DNA from: Microbotryum violaceum
Taxonomy: Eukaryota
DNA length: 64,000 nt
Assembly: GCA_001244265.2 (NCBI GenBank)
Contig: CDLV01000013.1
Location: forward strand, 434,001-498,000
Direction of reading: 5' to 3'
Below the pieces are notes generated by a model. The model saw nothing but the letters and a program-made list of their open reading frames with translations, did not search any database and was not told where the DNA came from. Position 1 is the stretch's first letter. Each line of letters opens with the position of its first letter. Positions 23,181 to 35,406 of the stretch are shown one piece after another. Both the position numbers and the translations under genes were made by a program.

Positions 23181-25632
23181 TCAAGCGATGACCTCCTCCT
23201 TCTCCGAGATGACTTCCTCGACCCACTCCTCGACAATCTCGTCGGCGACGTTGGCTTCCTCAACCCTGAGCAAGGCAAACTTTTTGGGCCGTCCCATCTG
23301 GTTCCTCTTGGCCTCCATGATTTCCTTGGCCCTCGAGCGCCAAGCGTTCCACTCCTCCATCAACCTCTGCCTCAACGCGATCAATTCGGACGAGACGTTC
23401 GACGCCTCCAACTGATCCTGTTCCTCGAATTGCCTCGAGTAATCCCTGAGGTTCTTCCTGATCCTCTTTTGGTCCTCCTTGGACAACAACGTCGCCGGTC
23501 GAGGACGCCACAAAAGTTGCTTGAACTTGTCGACCTTGGCACGCGCCAACTCGACACCCTTAAAGTCCCAAATGACGTAACCGGGTTCCATCGAACTCAT
23601 CCAGGTCGAAGCCGACGTCGCAACAAAACGTCCCGATGGATCCCACTCGATATCAGTGACACCGTAATGTTCGACCGTGGTGATCAGACGAATCGCCGCA
23701 CCAATGTCCTTCTCGTCCGTCTTGTCCTCTCGGTCGAGGTCGAGATCCCAAAAGTCGATGTCGAACTTGGAGTTGCTGCCGAGGGTCGCCAGGAGGACGT
23801 GACGTCCCTTGGGGGACCAGTAGATCGAATTGGACTGCTTGTTGTCAAACGTTCGCAGGGGTAAGAAATCTCCCTTGCGTTGATCGAAGCCGTAGAACGA
23901 GACCGAGGTCTTGAGCAGGACACCGGGCAGACCCTGACCGTGGTTGGGATCGTTGGTCGTGATGAGCACGAAGCGATCGCCCTTGGGCTCCCATGCGAAG
24001 GCGGTGACGGCGTCCTTGATCTCGATGACTTGGACCGGGCAGTCCTTGTCGCGCAGGCGGAACAGTTCGAGGTTGCAATACTGCGTCTTTTTCGTTTTGG
24101 TGTGGCGGTCAACCTTGACGCAGAGGAACTCGCCGTTGGATTGCCAGTGGATCTTGCACTGTGAATGAGAAACTCGTTAGCATGCTTGATACACTCGCCT
24201 CGGAACACGGCTCCGATGCAACACTCACGTCGTGGACGTTGAACAAGTTCTTGGACCGGATGGGCTCACGACTCGGAATCTTCATCAAGGTGACACGTGC
24301 GGGCTGGTTCTGCACCTCGGGTGTCCAGAAGGCGATCGTGTTCTCCCTGGCGGGAACAAAGCCCTTCTTGGCTCCGGGTTCGGGCTCGAGTTTAATGCCG
24401 CGTTGTTCGGCATCGACCTCGTCGCGCTCTCGTTCGCTCAGGGGCGCCCACTCGAAGTCGGCGACACCGTCGAACTTGAGCGACTTCTTGCTCAAGAGAC
24501 CCATCGAGGGGACCTCGTAAACCGAGATTTGTACCCCGGGGGTGACGCGGGCGAGGTACTTTTCATCGGGAGACCACTTGAACATGGGCCACACGATCCT
24601 CTTTTGGACCTCGGGCCCAGCGTTGGGCCCGTCCTGGTTGACCATGGGGAACGTGCGCAAGAGGGCGCCGGTCATGATGTCCCAGACGGCGATCTGGTTG
24701 CCTTGGTCCTCCTCTGTGAAGGGCGCGGAGGGCTCGATCGGTCGCGGGGACCAGGTGACGAGGTAGCGCTCAAAGGGGGAAAAGTCGATGAGCTTGACCT
24801 CGGCGTGGGCGAAACGGTTGATGCGGTCAAAGGACTGCCCGGCCCAGAGCGCGACACCGGGACCGTGGATGGTGGCGAAGAAGGTGCCGAGCGGGGACCA
24901 CTGGGTGTACGAGTCGGTCCACTTGGATCTTTGATGCGCGACCTCGTGGTTGCCGTTGCGGTTATTCCACACGATCTGCACGTCGTCGCCGGCGTAGAGG
25001 GTCAACTGGTCCCTGCCGGCGGGGTCGGCGAGCCAGGAGCGGAAGTGCTCTCGCGGTACCCATTCCTCTGCGGGGGGTTCGACGTAGTCGTCCTGAATCT
25101 GCTCGTACTTTTCGACCTGGGAAAAGGGCACGACCTTGAAGGTGTGGCGCTTGTCAAACTTGATGTCGTGCATGGCGCGCTGGAAGGCGAGGGCCTCGGT
25201 CGGGTTGGACAGCGTGATGAACATGAAGCCCTTGGACTGTCCGTCGGTCTCCAAGGGGTGCTCGATCTTGTCCTTGGAGAGGGTGATGCCGGCTTCCTTT
25301 TTTGCGGACTTGACGATCGCACTGAGCAGCTTGTCGGCACGATCGGGTCCGACGACGGGTGCGCCATCGAGGATCACGACCGAATCCAGCGGCGAGACGT
25401 ACTGCGACGCGAATCTGGACGTAGACAGAAGCACAATTTCAAGGTCAGTGCAGGTTCACCCGCCAAAGAAACGGGAGCCCCTGCCACTGGCCACGATGAC
25501 ACGCTTCCGGGGGTTAGATACGCGGTCGTCGAGGCCAGCGACTCGCTGCGAATGCGAATGCGACGAAGAACCAGCTCACGGGACTCACTCGGCTTCGAGG
25601 TCAGAGTAATCGACGTCATCATGTTCGCTCAT
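23181..25632 (-). CDS. PRT1: Translation initiation factor eIF3 subunit b
   Basis: RRM (ILDGAPVV..SKGFMFI..FDKRH), HFRSWLADPAGRDQ, WSPLGT, KLIDFSPFERYLVTWS, eIF2A-type WD repeats, QLLWRPRPATLL..IRKNLRDYS. Confidence 0.96.
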
Positions 25633-26084
25633 GATGCGCGACGGTTGATGAGAAGGAGGAGGGGGATCGAGTGTGAAGGCGAAGAACGAAGGCGGCAATT
25701 ATTGAGTGTGCAATCGCGCGGCGAGGACCAGCTTCGTTTCTCTTTCTCTCTTCCTCTTCCGTCGTCCTTAGTCCTTGGCCTCAGGCTGAGCTGCTGCCTT
25801 TTTTTTTCTCGCGCGGGCCGGCAACGTTCGCGCGTCAAGGCGCGGCGCTCGGCGGGCGACTCGAATGTCGCAATTTGTGATTACTACGCGCTCGAAACGA
25901 ATCGCATTACAAAACGCGCTGATTTGCACTCGGCGGTGAGCGCGTGGCCCCCCACTCACACTCAGGCAGGCACCCCAGCCTTGGACGAGCTCGCTCAACT
26001 CGAACTCGGATCCGCTTCCAGACACGGCCCACCTAACGCGACACTGTGGGCCGCTCCTGGGAGTTCTTAGCCGCTACTTGAGCC

Positions 26085-29000
26085 ATGTCAGTCCCGACTC
26101 TCAACTTGACCTTGTCGTCGTCGTCCGAGGCAGCAGCAACCAGAACGACTCCGACACCGCTCGGCGCGGACACGATCATCCCACCCGCCGCCTCGACCAG
26201 CGCATCCACCACCCCGGGCACCAAAGGAACGCCGGTGCCCATCTCCCCACTGAAACAGGTCAACGCACAACAAGACGCACCCCCGATCCGGCCCAAGCTC
26301 GAGAGCTGCTGGGAGCAACTGACCACGAACCCGACCCTGTTCTCGGAGCGCTCCATACCCCAGCTGCACCGCTACTTCAACGAGCTATTTTGCCTCACAC
26401 CCAACCCCGACACGATAGAGCAAGCCCTCGAGGCTCTCTCTGTGCAGGATCTCCTCGGCGAGTACAAGGTGCGTTGCTCTCCGCGGTAGAGGCCGCAATG
26501 GCGAACGAGACCAGACTGACCCGTCCGATTCTCGCTCGCGGCACAGGACAACATCACCTACCTCTTCACCCATGCGACCCGCACGCTCAGAGAGACTCAG
26601 ACCGACCATATCATCCGCTCCAACATCACAGAGGTACGCGTCACTCTTAGCCTCCTCTTGCTCCTCCTGCTCGTGCCTCCCTCCCCCATCAACCCCCTGT
26701 CCCCTCCCCTCCACGTTATCGCCCCATCCGGTGACGGTCTCGAGTGGCGCTCACCATCGTTTGCCCCACGAGCTACCTCACACAGACCCTTATCCCCTTT
26801 CTACGCAACCTACTGTCGAGGCGCTACCACAACTTTAGCTACGATACCATCAACCTGCTCGCAGGCAGTCTCGCTCATTCCGACACCGTCTTCACCGTAA
26901 GTCGATCTCGACCTCACTCGTGAGCGCCCTTCTAGAGGCTGACCTTTTTCTTTTTGCGCGATGGTTGCCCATAGAATCTCGTCTCGGCGATAGACCATAC
27001 GCTGCAGGACCGCAACCTCGCCACACCCCTGCGTCACCGAACGCTACAACTCGCGCTCGTCCTCGTGGCCTCCATAGACCAGGGCTCGATTAACGCCTAC
27101 TTTCTGCGCCGCGACCTCTTCTCGACCCTCGTGCAGTTCATGACCGAGGATGCCACCTGCCAGTTCTCGTTCGAGAGCGCGCTCCTCTTGGGCCTCTTGG
27201 CCAACTACAGGCAGCACGAGGCGAGGAACCCTTACCGCGTTCGGATAGAGGACATGGTCGAAGAAACCGTCATGGCCGTGAGTCATGGACACGTCTTCGC
27301 GGAATGTTCACACACCAACCGAGACATGATTTCGGCCCTCAGAGAGTCATCGAGGTCGTTCAGGTAGTGTGCCAGCAGGCTCGTGACTCGTATACGCACA
27401 TCGCCGACGACGCCCCGGCCTCATTCGTCGCATCCATCACCTCCCTCATCTTTTCCTTCAAGGTGCCCGACTTCTTCAAGCAGGGCCTTGTCTTCTCCTT
27501 GCCTCCACCACCTCTCTTGAACCGTGCGACATCCAAAGCCTCCCTACGCTCAGAGTCTAGTGCCACGCCTGCGGCAAAGCCCAAAGCCGATGGAAAGGTT
27601 CCAGTCGAGGCTGAGGGCGAATCGAAACCGACGGATGTCGCGACAAAGAACTCCCGGACCACCCCCGCGGCCACACCGGACCTCGTCGTCTCCTCGGCTC
27701 CTTCGACTGCCATCTCCAAGGAGAAGAAGGAAGAGAACCAGTTCAAGGCCATGCCCAATGAAGTGCTCGTCATCCTCCTGCCTTTTTTCGACCTCATCCA
27801 TCTCAACAAGTCGTTTTGCGCTTTCGTACTGGCCGACTCTCCTTCGGGCAAATGTAAGGCTCTCTCTCTGTGTTCTTCCCCTGCTCGCTATTGACGATGC
27901 GATCATTCACAGCTCCGGCACTGCCTTCAACTCTGATCTCGCTGTGTTCATACGTTCTGTGCCACGCCTCGGTCTCATCAAGGGCAAGAAGCTATGCCCG
28001 GCTATGCTTGTTGTTAATAATGGTGCTGGTGGAAGAGGGGGAAGGCAAGCTGTCGAAAGCGACGGATGAGATCTGGATATGTCGCCAAGTAAGTCTCGAC
28101 GATGGTAACAGGGTTCGCTGCCTCGCGCTGACAGTCATCCGATGAACCTTGCAGCGCATCCCCATGCTCCCTCGATCGACGGGAAAACGACCCGCCCTCG
28201 CCGCCATGCTCGACTGTTGCGTCATCTTCCTGCGCCATAACCTGCGCCAAAAACTCGACGTCGAGACTTTCATCGTCTGTCTTCGTCTGATCCAACGGAT
28301 ACTACAACAGCTGAAAACAGAGCGCATCCGTCTCGCCTACGACTGGGTCACCGTTTGGCGCTCAATCCTCTCCCTAGCCGGGTTTGTTGTCTCACAGATT
28401 GAAATTTTGCGCCTCGTCTCGACGCAAACCGACGATCTCATCTCACAAATATTTATACTCCTCTCCTATGCCGCCTATTGGGGAGAAACTCTCTTCCCTA
28501 CGAGTGAGGACGCGGCCCTGTTGTTCTATGAGCTCTTGCACGCCGATGAGACTTTAAAAGCCTTGTCCGACCTCTTGGGCGTCTCGTCGATCCCGCTCCC
28601 ACCTTCCTCGTTCTCGGCCTCGAGTGACGACGCGGGCAGTCGGAGAAGTTCGTCTTCGGTCTTCGCGAACCCGAGGACGTTGGCGGCGATTCAGGCGACA
28701 CCGCTCATGAGGCCGTCACCATTGATGTTGGATCCGACTACGTTCTTTGGAGGGTATGTAACAGGCGATAGCGGGTCCGGCAATGGTTCGGGCTTGAAAC
28801 CGCCCGGGCCTTCAAACAATGCTTCGACAACGGCGAGCGGGACCTCTGGTTCTTCATCGACCGCATCCAGCGCCGAACCGACCGACGCTTCGCAATCCCA
28901 CCTAGCCAAAGGGTTCATCGCAACCGAATGCGTTTCAAACCTCCACCTCGCCCGCGCGCACTTCATCAACTCGCTCGAAGCCTTCAAACAAGGTCCCCTC

Positions 29001-29300
29001 TCACCCCTCGGTAAAGGCGAAGACCCAACCTTGGACCCTGAAACGATCGTCGCAGTGATCGAGGATAATCTGGGTGGGTTGGAGTTGATCGAGAGTAGTG
29101 CAATGGGGGATATGAGGAAAGGGATTGCGAATATGGGTGGGGTCGTAAGAACGATACCGAGTGTTGGCGTGGTGGCAAAGGGGACGGGTACGACCGGGGT
29201 CGGTGCGAATGAGGAGGCGGGGTTGAGTGGCGCAGTGGGTTGGGAGAGGAGCATGATGATCGTCGTTTGTAAGGACGCTTTGTCAATCCTGTGTCCCTGA
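26085..29300 (+). CDS. ARMH3 / C10orf76 (UPF0668)-like armadillo-type protein, multi-exon
   Basis: INAYFLRRDLFS, LLLGLLANY..EARNPY, IWICRQ, FLRHNL, RLAYDW..VWRS, LFYEL motifs. Confidence 0.8.
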
Positions 29301-30165
29301 GTTGATTGGGCTGGGCTTTTTTATAGGGGAAGTCGTATCATTAGCCTTGGGTTTGAGTGCAATCACATACCATACCAGCAACAATCATAGGATGAGGCTG
29401 GAAATACTGGTAATGACTGCGCATGTGTGGCGTCCGTGCGGAACTTAATAGATCACACGGGGTCTAAGTACTTGGTTAACAATTTGAGTGTGGAATCGAC
29501 TAGCAGATAAACTAATTGTGGACTTAAGTAGAAAAGCGGTCGACCAATGATGGGCAGATTTACGAATAGGTTTCGAACGACGCAAACGGAGGACAAGTTT
29601 GAGCAAGACCAGACCAATTACTTAGTCGCGCCAAATCCAATCAGACTCGGGTCGACCGAGTACAGCTTGGATTGCCTCTTTGGTGGGAGCTTGAACTTGG
29701 GGGGTATCGAAGCTTGATCACCAAATGGGCTACGCCTTTGGCACTGGGTCCTCAGCGGGCGATGGAGGCGGAGTGGGACCCTGCCCGGTGAAGATTGAAG
29801 ATCACTCAATAGCAAGGAGTGCATGTAAGCTTCGACGGGAGCAGTATGAACGTCTCTTGCATTTTAATACCGCAGCCCAGGCCCCAGGTACGGCGTCCTT
29901 CTCGCAGTAGAACAGTCGCAGATCGCCTCGATCTAGAGCGAACTGTCTCCTTTTGTTCTCCGTCAGGGATGATCACATTTCGAAGGCGATCTTCGTTGCG
30001 TTGACGTGCATTATATTCCACTAGTTTAATCGTTCGATCGAGTTGAAAAATATACGTACAAATACATAGCATGCTTCATGCTAGCCCGGACAAGGGTCAT
30101 GCCTGCCCGAACAAAAGCAAAAACGGAAGTGTAGTCCGGTATCTTTGTATTGTTGGACTCGATGT

Positions 30166-31304
30166 TCAGGCGACGACTTCGGCTTCTACCAACTCCCTTC
30201 CCGGTGCGTCCCCCCATTTGGCCAAGACTTCCTTCTCATAAAACTCCCACCACCTGAAGCATGCAAAGACAACGAAACAACTCATCAGCAACCTTCTCGA
30301 GTGAGCCCATCTCGATCCCCTCCGGAACTGACCACCGATGAGTCTTTTCGTTCGGATCCTCCTTCTGAACCCTCTTGGCCCACGGCTTGTCCAGGATGTA
30401 ATGAACATTCTTGACATCATCATCCCTCCACATGGTCTGGTGACAGTCCCTTAACGTCTTCAATGCATTATAACGATAACTCAAAGGGACGAATTTGCCT
30501 TTGAAGACGTAAGCGAGCAGATCCTGATCAGGGAACTTGAACGTCTTGATGATGGGATCGATGGAGAGTGTGTCGAGTATCTTGGCAAAATTCATGGGGG
30601 TTGGTGTGAGGACGACGAGACCCGAGTTGAGAAGCTGGTGAGTCGGCTTGGTGAATCGGTCGGCGGGGAGGGGGTCAGTGTGTCGCGCCAAGGTATGGGC
30701 ACAGTTTTCAGGTGTCCTAGAGTGGGTTGATCAAATGGTGTCAGGATATGGATCTGATAAGACAGCCGTCTTTTCAAGAAAACTAACCACTCTGCGGGGT
30801 AGTGAGCCAACCGACGGGGATTGCACGTGCACGCATGCGCCGCAGCGATCTGGTCCGGTTCGAGCGGCATCGTCATCAACTCATCCATGTTGGCCGTGAC
30901 GAGCATGTCGGAATCTAACAGGACAATCCTCTGACCAACAGACCAATCCACCGTTATTAATCGAGCAGGTGATGATATTGATCAAGATCCGCATGTATTC
31001 AACGAACTTCGTATTGGGTCAGCCCAAAAACACCCAGCTTGGTCCACGTATCCGCGAACCGATGATCATGCTCGTTCAACTCTGTCTTGTCCTTGGGTTC
31101 GAGGTATTCGATATTGTGCACCTCGATCGACCGAGCACGCAACACGTCGCGAGCGGGTTGGGGTAAAGACGGCGTCGCAAAAACGACGAGAGGGTACTGG
31201 GAGTCATGGTGTTTCAACGAGGCGTCGAGCACGACGCAGCCTTGAAGGTAGTTGGTCTTGGTCAGCAAAGTTGCCCAGACGCGTTTCACTGGTGCGGGGG
31301 ACAT
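30166..31304 (-). CDS. Glycosyltransferase family 8 protein
   Basis: WATLLT..YLQG, RFADTWTKL, LLDSDML (DxD), LNSGLVV, FPDQDLL, YNALKTLR, NVHYILDKPW. Confidence 0.92.
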
Positions 31305-31741
31305 GGCTGGTTCGTTGCAGTTGGTACGCGGAGAGCGAAGGAGGGAGCCAGAGTCCGAGTCAAACTCAATCGATCAGCAATTGGTCGATCGCTCGATCGC
31401 TGTGGGCCGCCCGGCAGGCACGGACTCCGCGGACCGGAGCGCGCATGCCCGAATCGCTAGGGATACCGGCCGAGTAGACCGCATACACGCAGATCGAGTT
31501 ATCTGCTCAGTGCATTCGCTGCCATGATGTCGCAGCAAAGCGCAAAGCTCTGCGTTTTTACTTGACGTAGACGAAGAAGAGAGAGTCAAAGCTCAATTAA
31601 AAATTGTGGTAGGCGCCAATCAATATCTCTTGGCTCATGAGCGAACCTCAAAAACCTGGGGCGCGGTCAATCTGATGCAGTACAACATGAACAAGCCGTA
31701 CAGTCTCGACAAAATTCGTCCTCTCCATCATCTGAACAAAC

Positions 31742-33803
31742 TCAAGCCCTCCAATTCACGAGCACTTCATCCGTTCGGAACCTATGACAGGAGATGAGAC
31801 GCAAGGTCAACTTTTCGCCTCCCCCGCATCTTGGTAAGCTCTCTCACCTCTGGGTGCAGTCGGATTCCTCAAAGGGCGTTTCGAATCCCATGCGATGACT
31901 CAGTAGACCTGCATGTGCGATCATGATGCCGTTGTCGATGCAGAACCTGGGTACAAAGGATGTAATACATATGTCAGTCGGGACCGACCGATCTGCTCTT
32001 GCTGGAGCTCAGCTCTGCTCTCACCTTTCGTCCGTGGCGAACACGCTGCCTCCTCGCTCAGCAGCCATGATACCCATCATCTCTTGCAAACGCTCATTGC
32101 CTACCAACAGAGTCCCCCCATCAGCACTCTGGAGAACCCCAATTATGCACGTCGTGCCAAACTTACATCCAACTCCACCGACAATGAGCACCTCCTTTCC
32201 CCCGACATGAGCCATCGCCCTTTCGGTGATCTCGACGAGCATGGCAAAGACCGTCTCTTGCAAACTGAAGCACAGATCCGCTGGTGTGATGACATCATCC
32301 TCATCCTCCTGTACTTGCTTCGCTCTGTCCCCCCTCTCTTTCGAGTCAGGAATGACGACCTTCTTCGCTCCACCCTGCTCCGAGGGTGAAAACCCGAGAT
32401 CCTTGATCTCGACCTGATCGCCCAAGAGCCCACTCGCTCGAGCCCTCCTCTCATCCTGCGAGACCATCCTCTTGCCGCCCAACTTGCCATTCATCACTCC
32501 AACACTAGAATCGGTCGAGTCGGACGAGTTGGTCGACTTTTCAGTGCTGCTGCCCTTGGGTATCGTCGTTGGGTCAGTCGGGCTGGGTTGGGTGTAGCCC
32601 CGTTTGGCGTGCGGGTTCGAGGTGGTGAATCGCGGATCTCGGGTGTAGGTCTGGGCCGAGGCGAGGATCCCACCGAGTGAGATGTCCATTCCCTTTGTAG
32701 CATAAGGAAGGGGAAGTAATCTTCGGCCTCTGCAAATCGCGCCAAAAGTTCAGACATCGCACTGATTGTTCAGGTCCGAAATAACGAAATCACCAACTTT
32801 TTCGCTTCCTTTTCAATATTGGCTCCAGGACTTGGGTCATTCGACAGACCAATGATCCTCGCGAACCGATCCAGACAGTTGCCAACGGCGATGTCAAGCG
32901 TCTCGCCGAATATGCGGTACCTCTGCTGCGAGTAGGCAATGACTTGGGTGTTGCCGCCCGAAACGTAGAGTACGATCGGGGAGGGCGAGTGGGTGATTAA
33001 GCGACCTGTCTCGATATCTGCACGAACGCGCATCGAGGTGGGTGAGCGCGATCCTGGGAGGAGCAGACACTCTCAAACCCGGTTCTTTCCCGGCACGTAC
33101 GACCGACGCAATGGTTCACGCCAACCAAAGGTTTGTTGTACATCAGCGCCAGGGTCCGAGCAACGAGCGCAACGGTCTGAAGTGGGGCGCCCATTCCGGG
33201 ACCTGCTCGCGGTCGGATCACAGAATATGCGGCGGCGTGTATCAGTTCCGGATGCCTCTCAACACTGGAACCAAGAGTAATTATATTACCTTTTGTGAAA
33301 CAGATGACGTCGACTTGGTCCAAGGTTCGATTGGCGGATTTCAAAGCATGGTCAATGACCTGCACGATCCATCGCTTGTGGTGGCGCGCGGTGTCGGAAG
33401 GCAAGAAGCCTTCGCCCGGTGGTGTGACGTAGGTGTGACGGATGTTGGACAGGATCGAGACGGAACCCACGTCATTTCCGGGCGCTGCTACGGTAGAGGA
33501 AGACGACGTCGACGGCGGTGAATGGAGAATGAGCCCCGCGCCGAGCTTGTTGGCCGAGCCTTCCAGGCCGAGTGCGAGCCAGGGTTTGGTAGGAGGTGCT
33601 AGAGGTGAAGGAGTAGGCGTCCGAGTCTTGTTGGCCTTCTTGGAGTTGCTGTTGCGAGGAAGCCCGTCCGATGTAGCCGGGGCGGGGGCGTGTGGGTTCG
33701 TGGAGGACGACGACTCGGGTCGATGCGAACGAGGGTCGAGCGGAGGAATCGCGGAAGAGATCGAAGGCAGTGAAGCAGCCAGGGAAGCCAGTTTGGAAGT
33801 CAT
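31742..33803 (-). CDS. KAE1: KEOPS tRNA t6A threonylcarbamoyltransferase
   Basis: [99 protein letters not shown]. Confidence 0.96.
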
Positions 33804-34020
33804 TGTGGTCCTATGCGGGTGTGGATGTTGGGAGGGACCGTGGAAGATGTAGCAGGACAGCCAGGAGCGCAAGGAGAGAAAGACCAGGAAAGACCGAACC
33901 GTCGGTCTCGCAGCGCGCATACACTCAGCCCCACTCGGCGCGCACCTTGTTCCCGTGGAGCCTCGCGCTCGTAGCTCTTACGGCCTCATCGCACTCGATC
34001 TTGATCACGGACTAGGCAAC

Positions 34021-34725
34021 ATGTCTTCGCTACTCGATTTGGCCAATCTTGAGCTGGCGTCTACACCCAACACTCTCCCTCCGTCCGACTGTGCAAGCTC
34101 CGCTCAGCCGTCGTCCTCGCCGTCATCGTCGTCATCACCGCCGTCTGTCATCCCGACCTGGCAGAGCTCATTTGCAATCGAGCAGATCCCCACCGAAATC
34201 TTGGTACAGGTCTTTACCGATAGAGTCATGATCATCGTCACCCAGTTGGGCAGGATAGGTTCCTTGGTTCGTCGCCTTCGCACTCGTCTTTGAAGCTGTT
34301 CTGAAAACCTAGGCTGAGATGGCGACCTCTACTATCCTTCCTCTCCTGGCAACCAGCTCCAAGTCAATCGACCCGTACCAGGTCTGCCTACCCCTCTCCG
34401 ACCCACCACCTCCCACAATCCACAAGACGCATTCCTCTCCTCGTTGCCCCTCCCGCACCCCGCCTCAACCCTGACCACCCTTCTCGGCGTCGCCCCTTCA
34501 ACCCGAGCAACATCACTCTACCAACTCTATGCACAACAGTTGGGCGCTATCGTGTTCGACTCTTTAGGGGAAGCGGCGAAACCGGTCGTGTTGGGTATTG
34601 CGTTGAAAGAGTTTCCTGCGCGGCATGGCGATGACAAAGAGCATGTGGGGGACCGGGAGAGGAAAGTGTTTAGAGAGGTGCTCAAGAGAATTGTAGAACA
34701 AGGCATGATTTGGCGGAATGTGTAG
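34021..34725 (+). CDS. Proteasome assembly chaperone 3 (PAC3/PSMG3)-like
   Basis: PTEILVQVFTDRVMIIVTQLGRIGSL, LTTLLG, LYAQQL, VVLGIALK; one intron. Confidence 0.75.
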
Positions 34726-34886
34726 ACTGTCAAGACCGTGTATGCGAGGGGTGGTCGTTGATTTGTAGTGCTACCCCTTCGTGGGTCCTGCCCACGTCTG
34801 ATCTTGGCTCAAGAGCATGCCTTCAGAGGATCTCATCACCAGCTCTCGAATTTAGTGACTCTAGGTCGTGATTACCTATTCTGAGA

Positions 34887-34898
34887 TTTTTTTTTTAT

Positions 34899-34939
<41 letters not shown>

Positions 34940-34959
34940 AAAAAAGAAAAAAAAAAAAA
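34887..34959. repeat. Abutting poly-T and poly-A tract
   Basis: ~19-nt T-rich run directly followed by a ~54-nt A-rich run; poly-C run at ~35165-35184. Confidence 0.9.
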
Positions 34960-35406
34960 GAGCGGGCAGTTCTGATTATTTTTCGGTCCGATCAGATGTT
35001 ATCAGAAATGGAACAGCTATGAGGTTTGTTTTGGCTAGAGGGTTTATTCAAGGGTGCGAAAAGTGCTGCGGGTCGACTCGGAGGTGTCGAAGAGTCGAGA
35101 CATTGAAGCAAAGGCAGTGTTGTATAGGGATTATCACAAAAAAGCATACTATGTTTCACCAAGGCCCCCCCCCCCCCCCCCCCCGTCCACCGAAGACGCT
35201 TTGTCTCGAGTTGCGAGTTATCTTTCGTCGGCGGTCCTACTATAGCTAGGCGGTACTAATTAGCGGCGGCCCTGTGCGAGTCGTACCACGATCGCGAGCC
35301 TGCTCCGTTCCACGCCATCCTCGCCCGTCCTCGATTCGACTGTGCAGCGCCGCCTCGACGCGCACGGACGCACGGCGACGGGTGCTCATTCCCCATTCGA
35401 GCAGGG

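Noticed and set aside
24232-26070. 612-aa plus-strand ORF
   Set aside because: Antisense shadow of the codon-biased eIF3b gene; no motifs.
29600-30080. Short minus-strand ORFs between the ARMH3-like and GT8 genes
   Set aside because: No recognisable motif or coherent exon chain; could be decayed coding DNA but unsupported.
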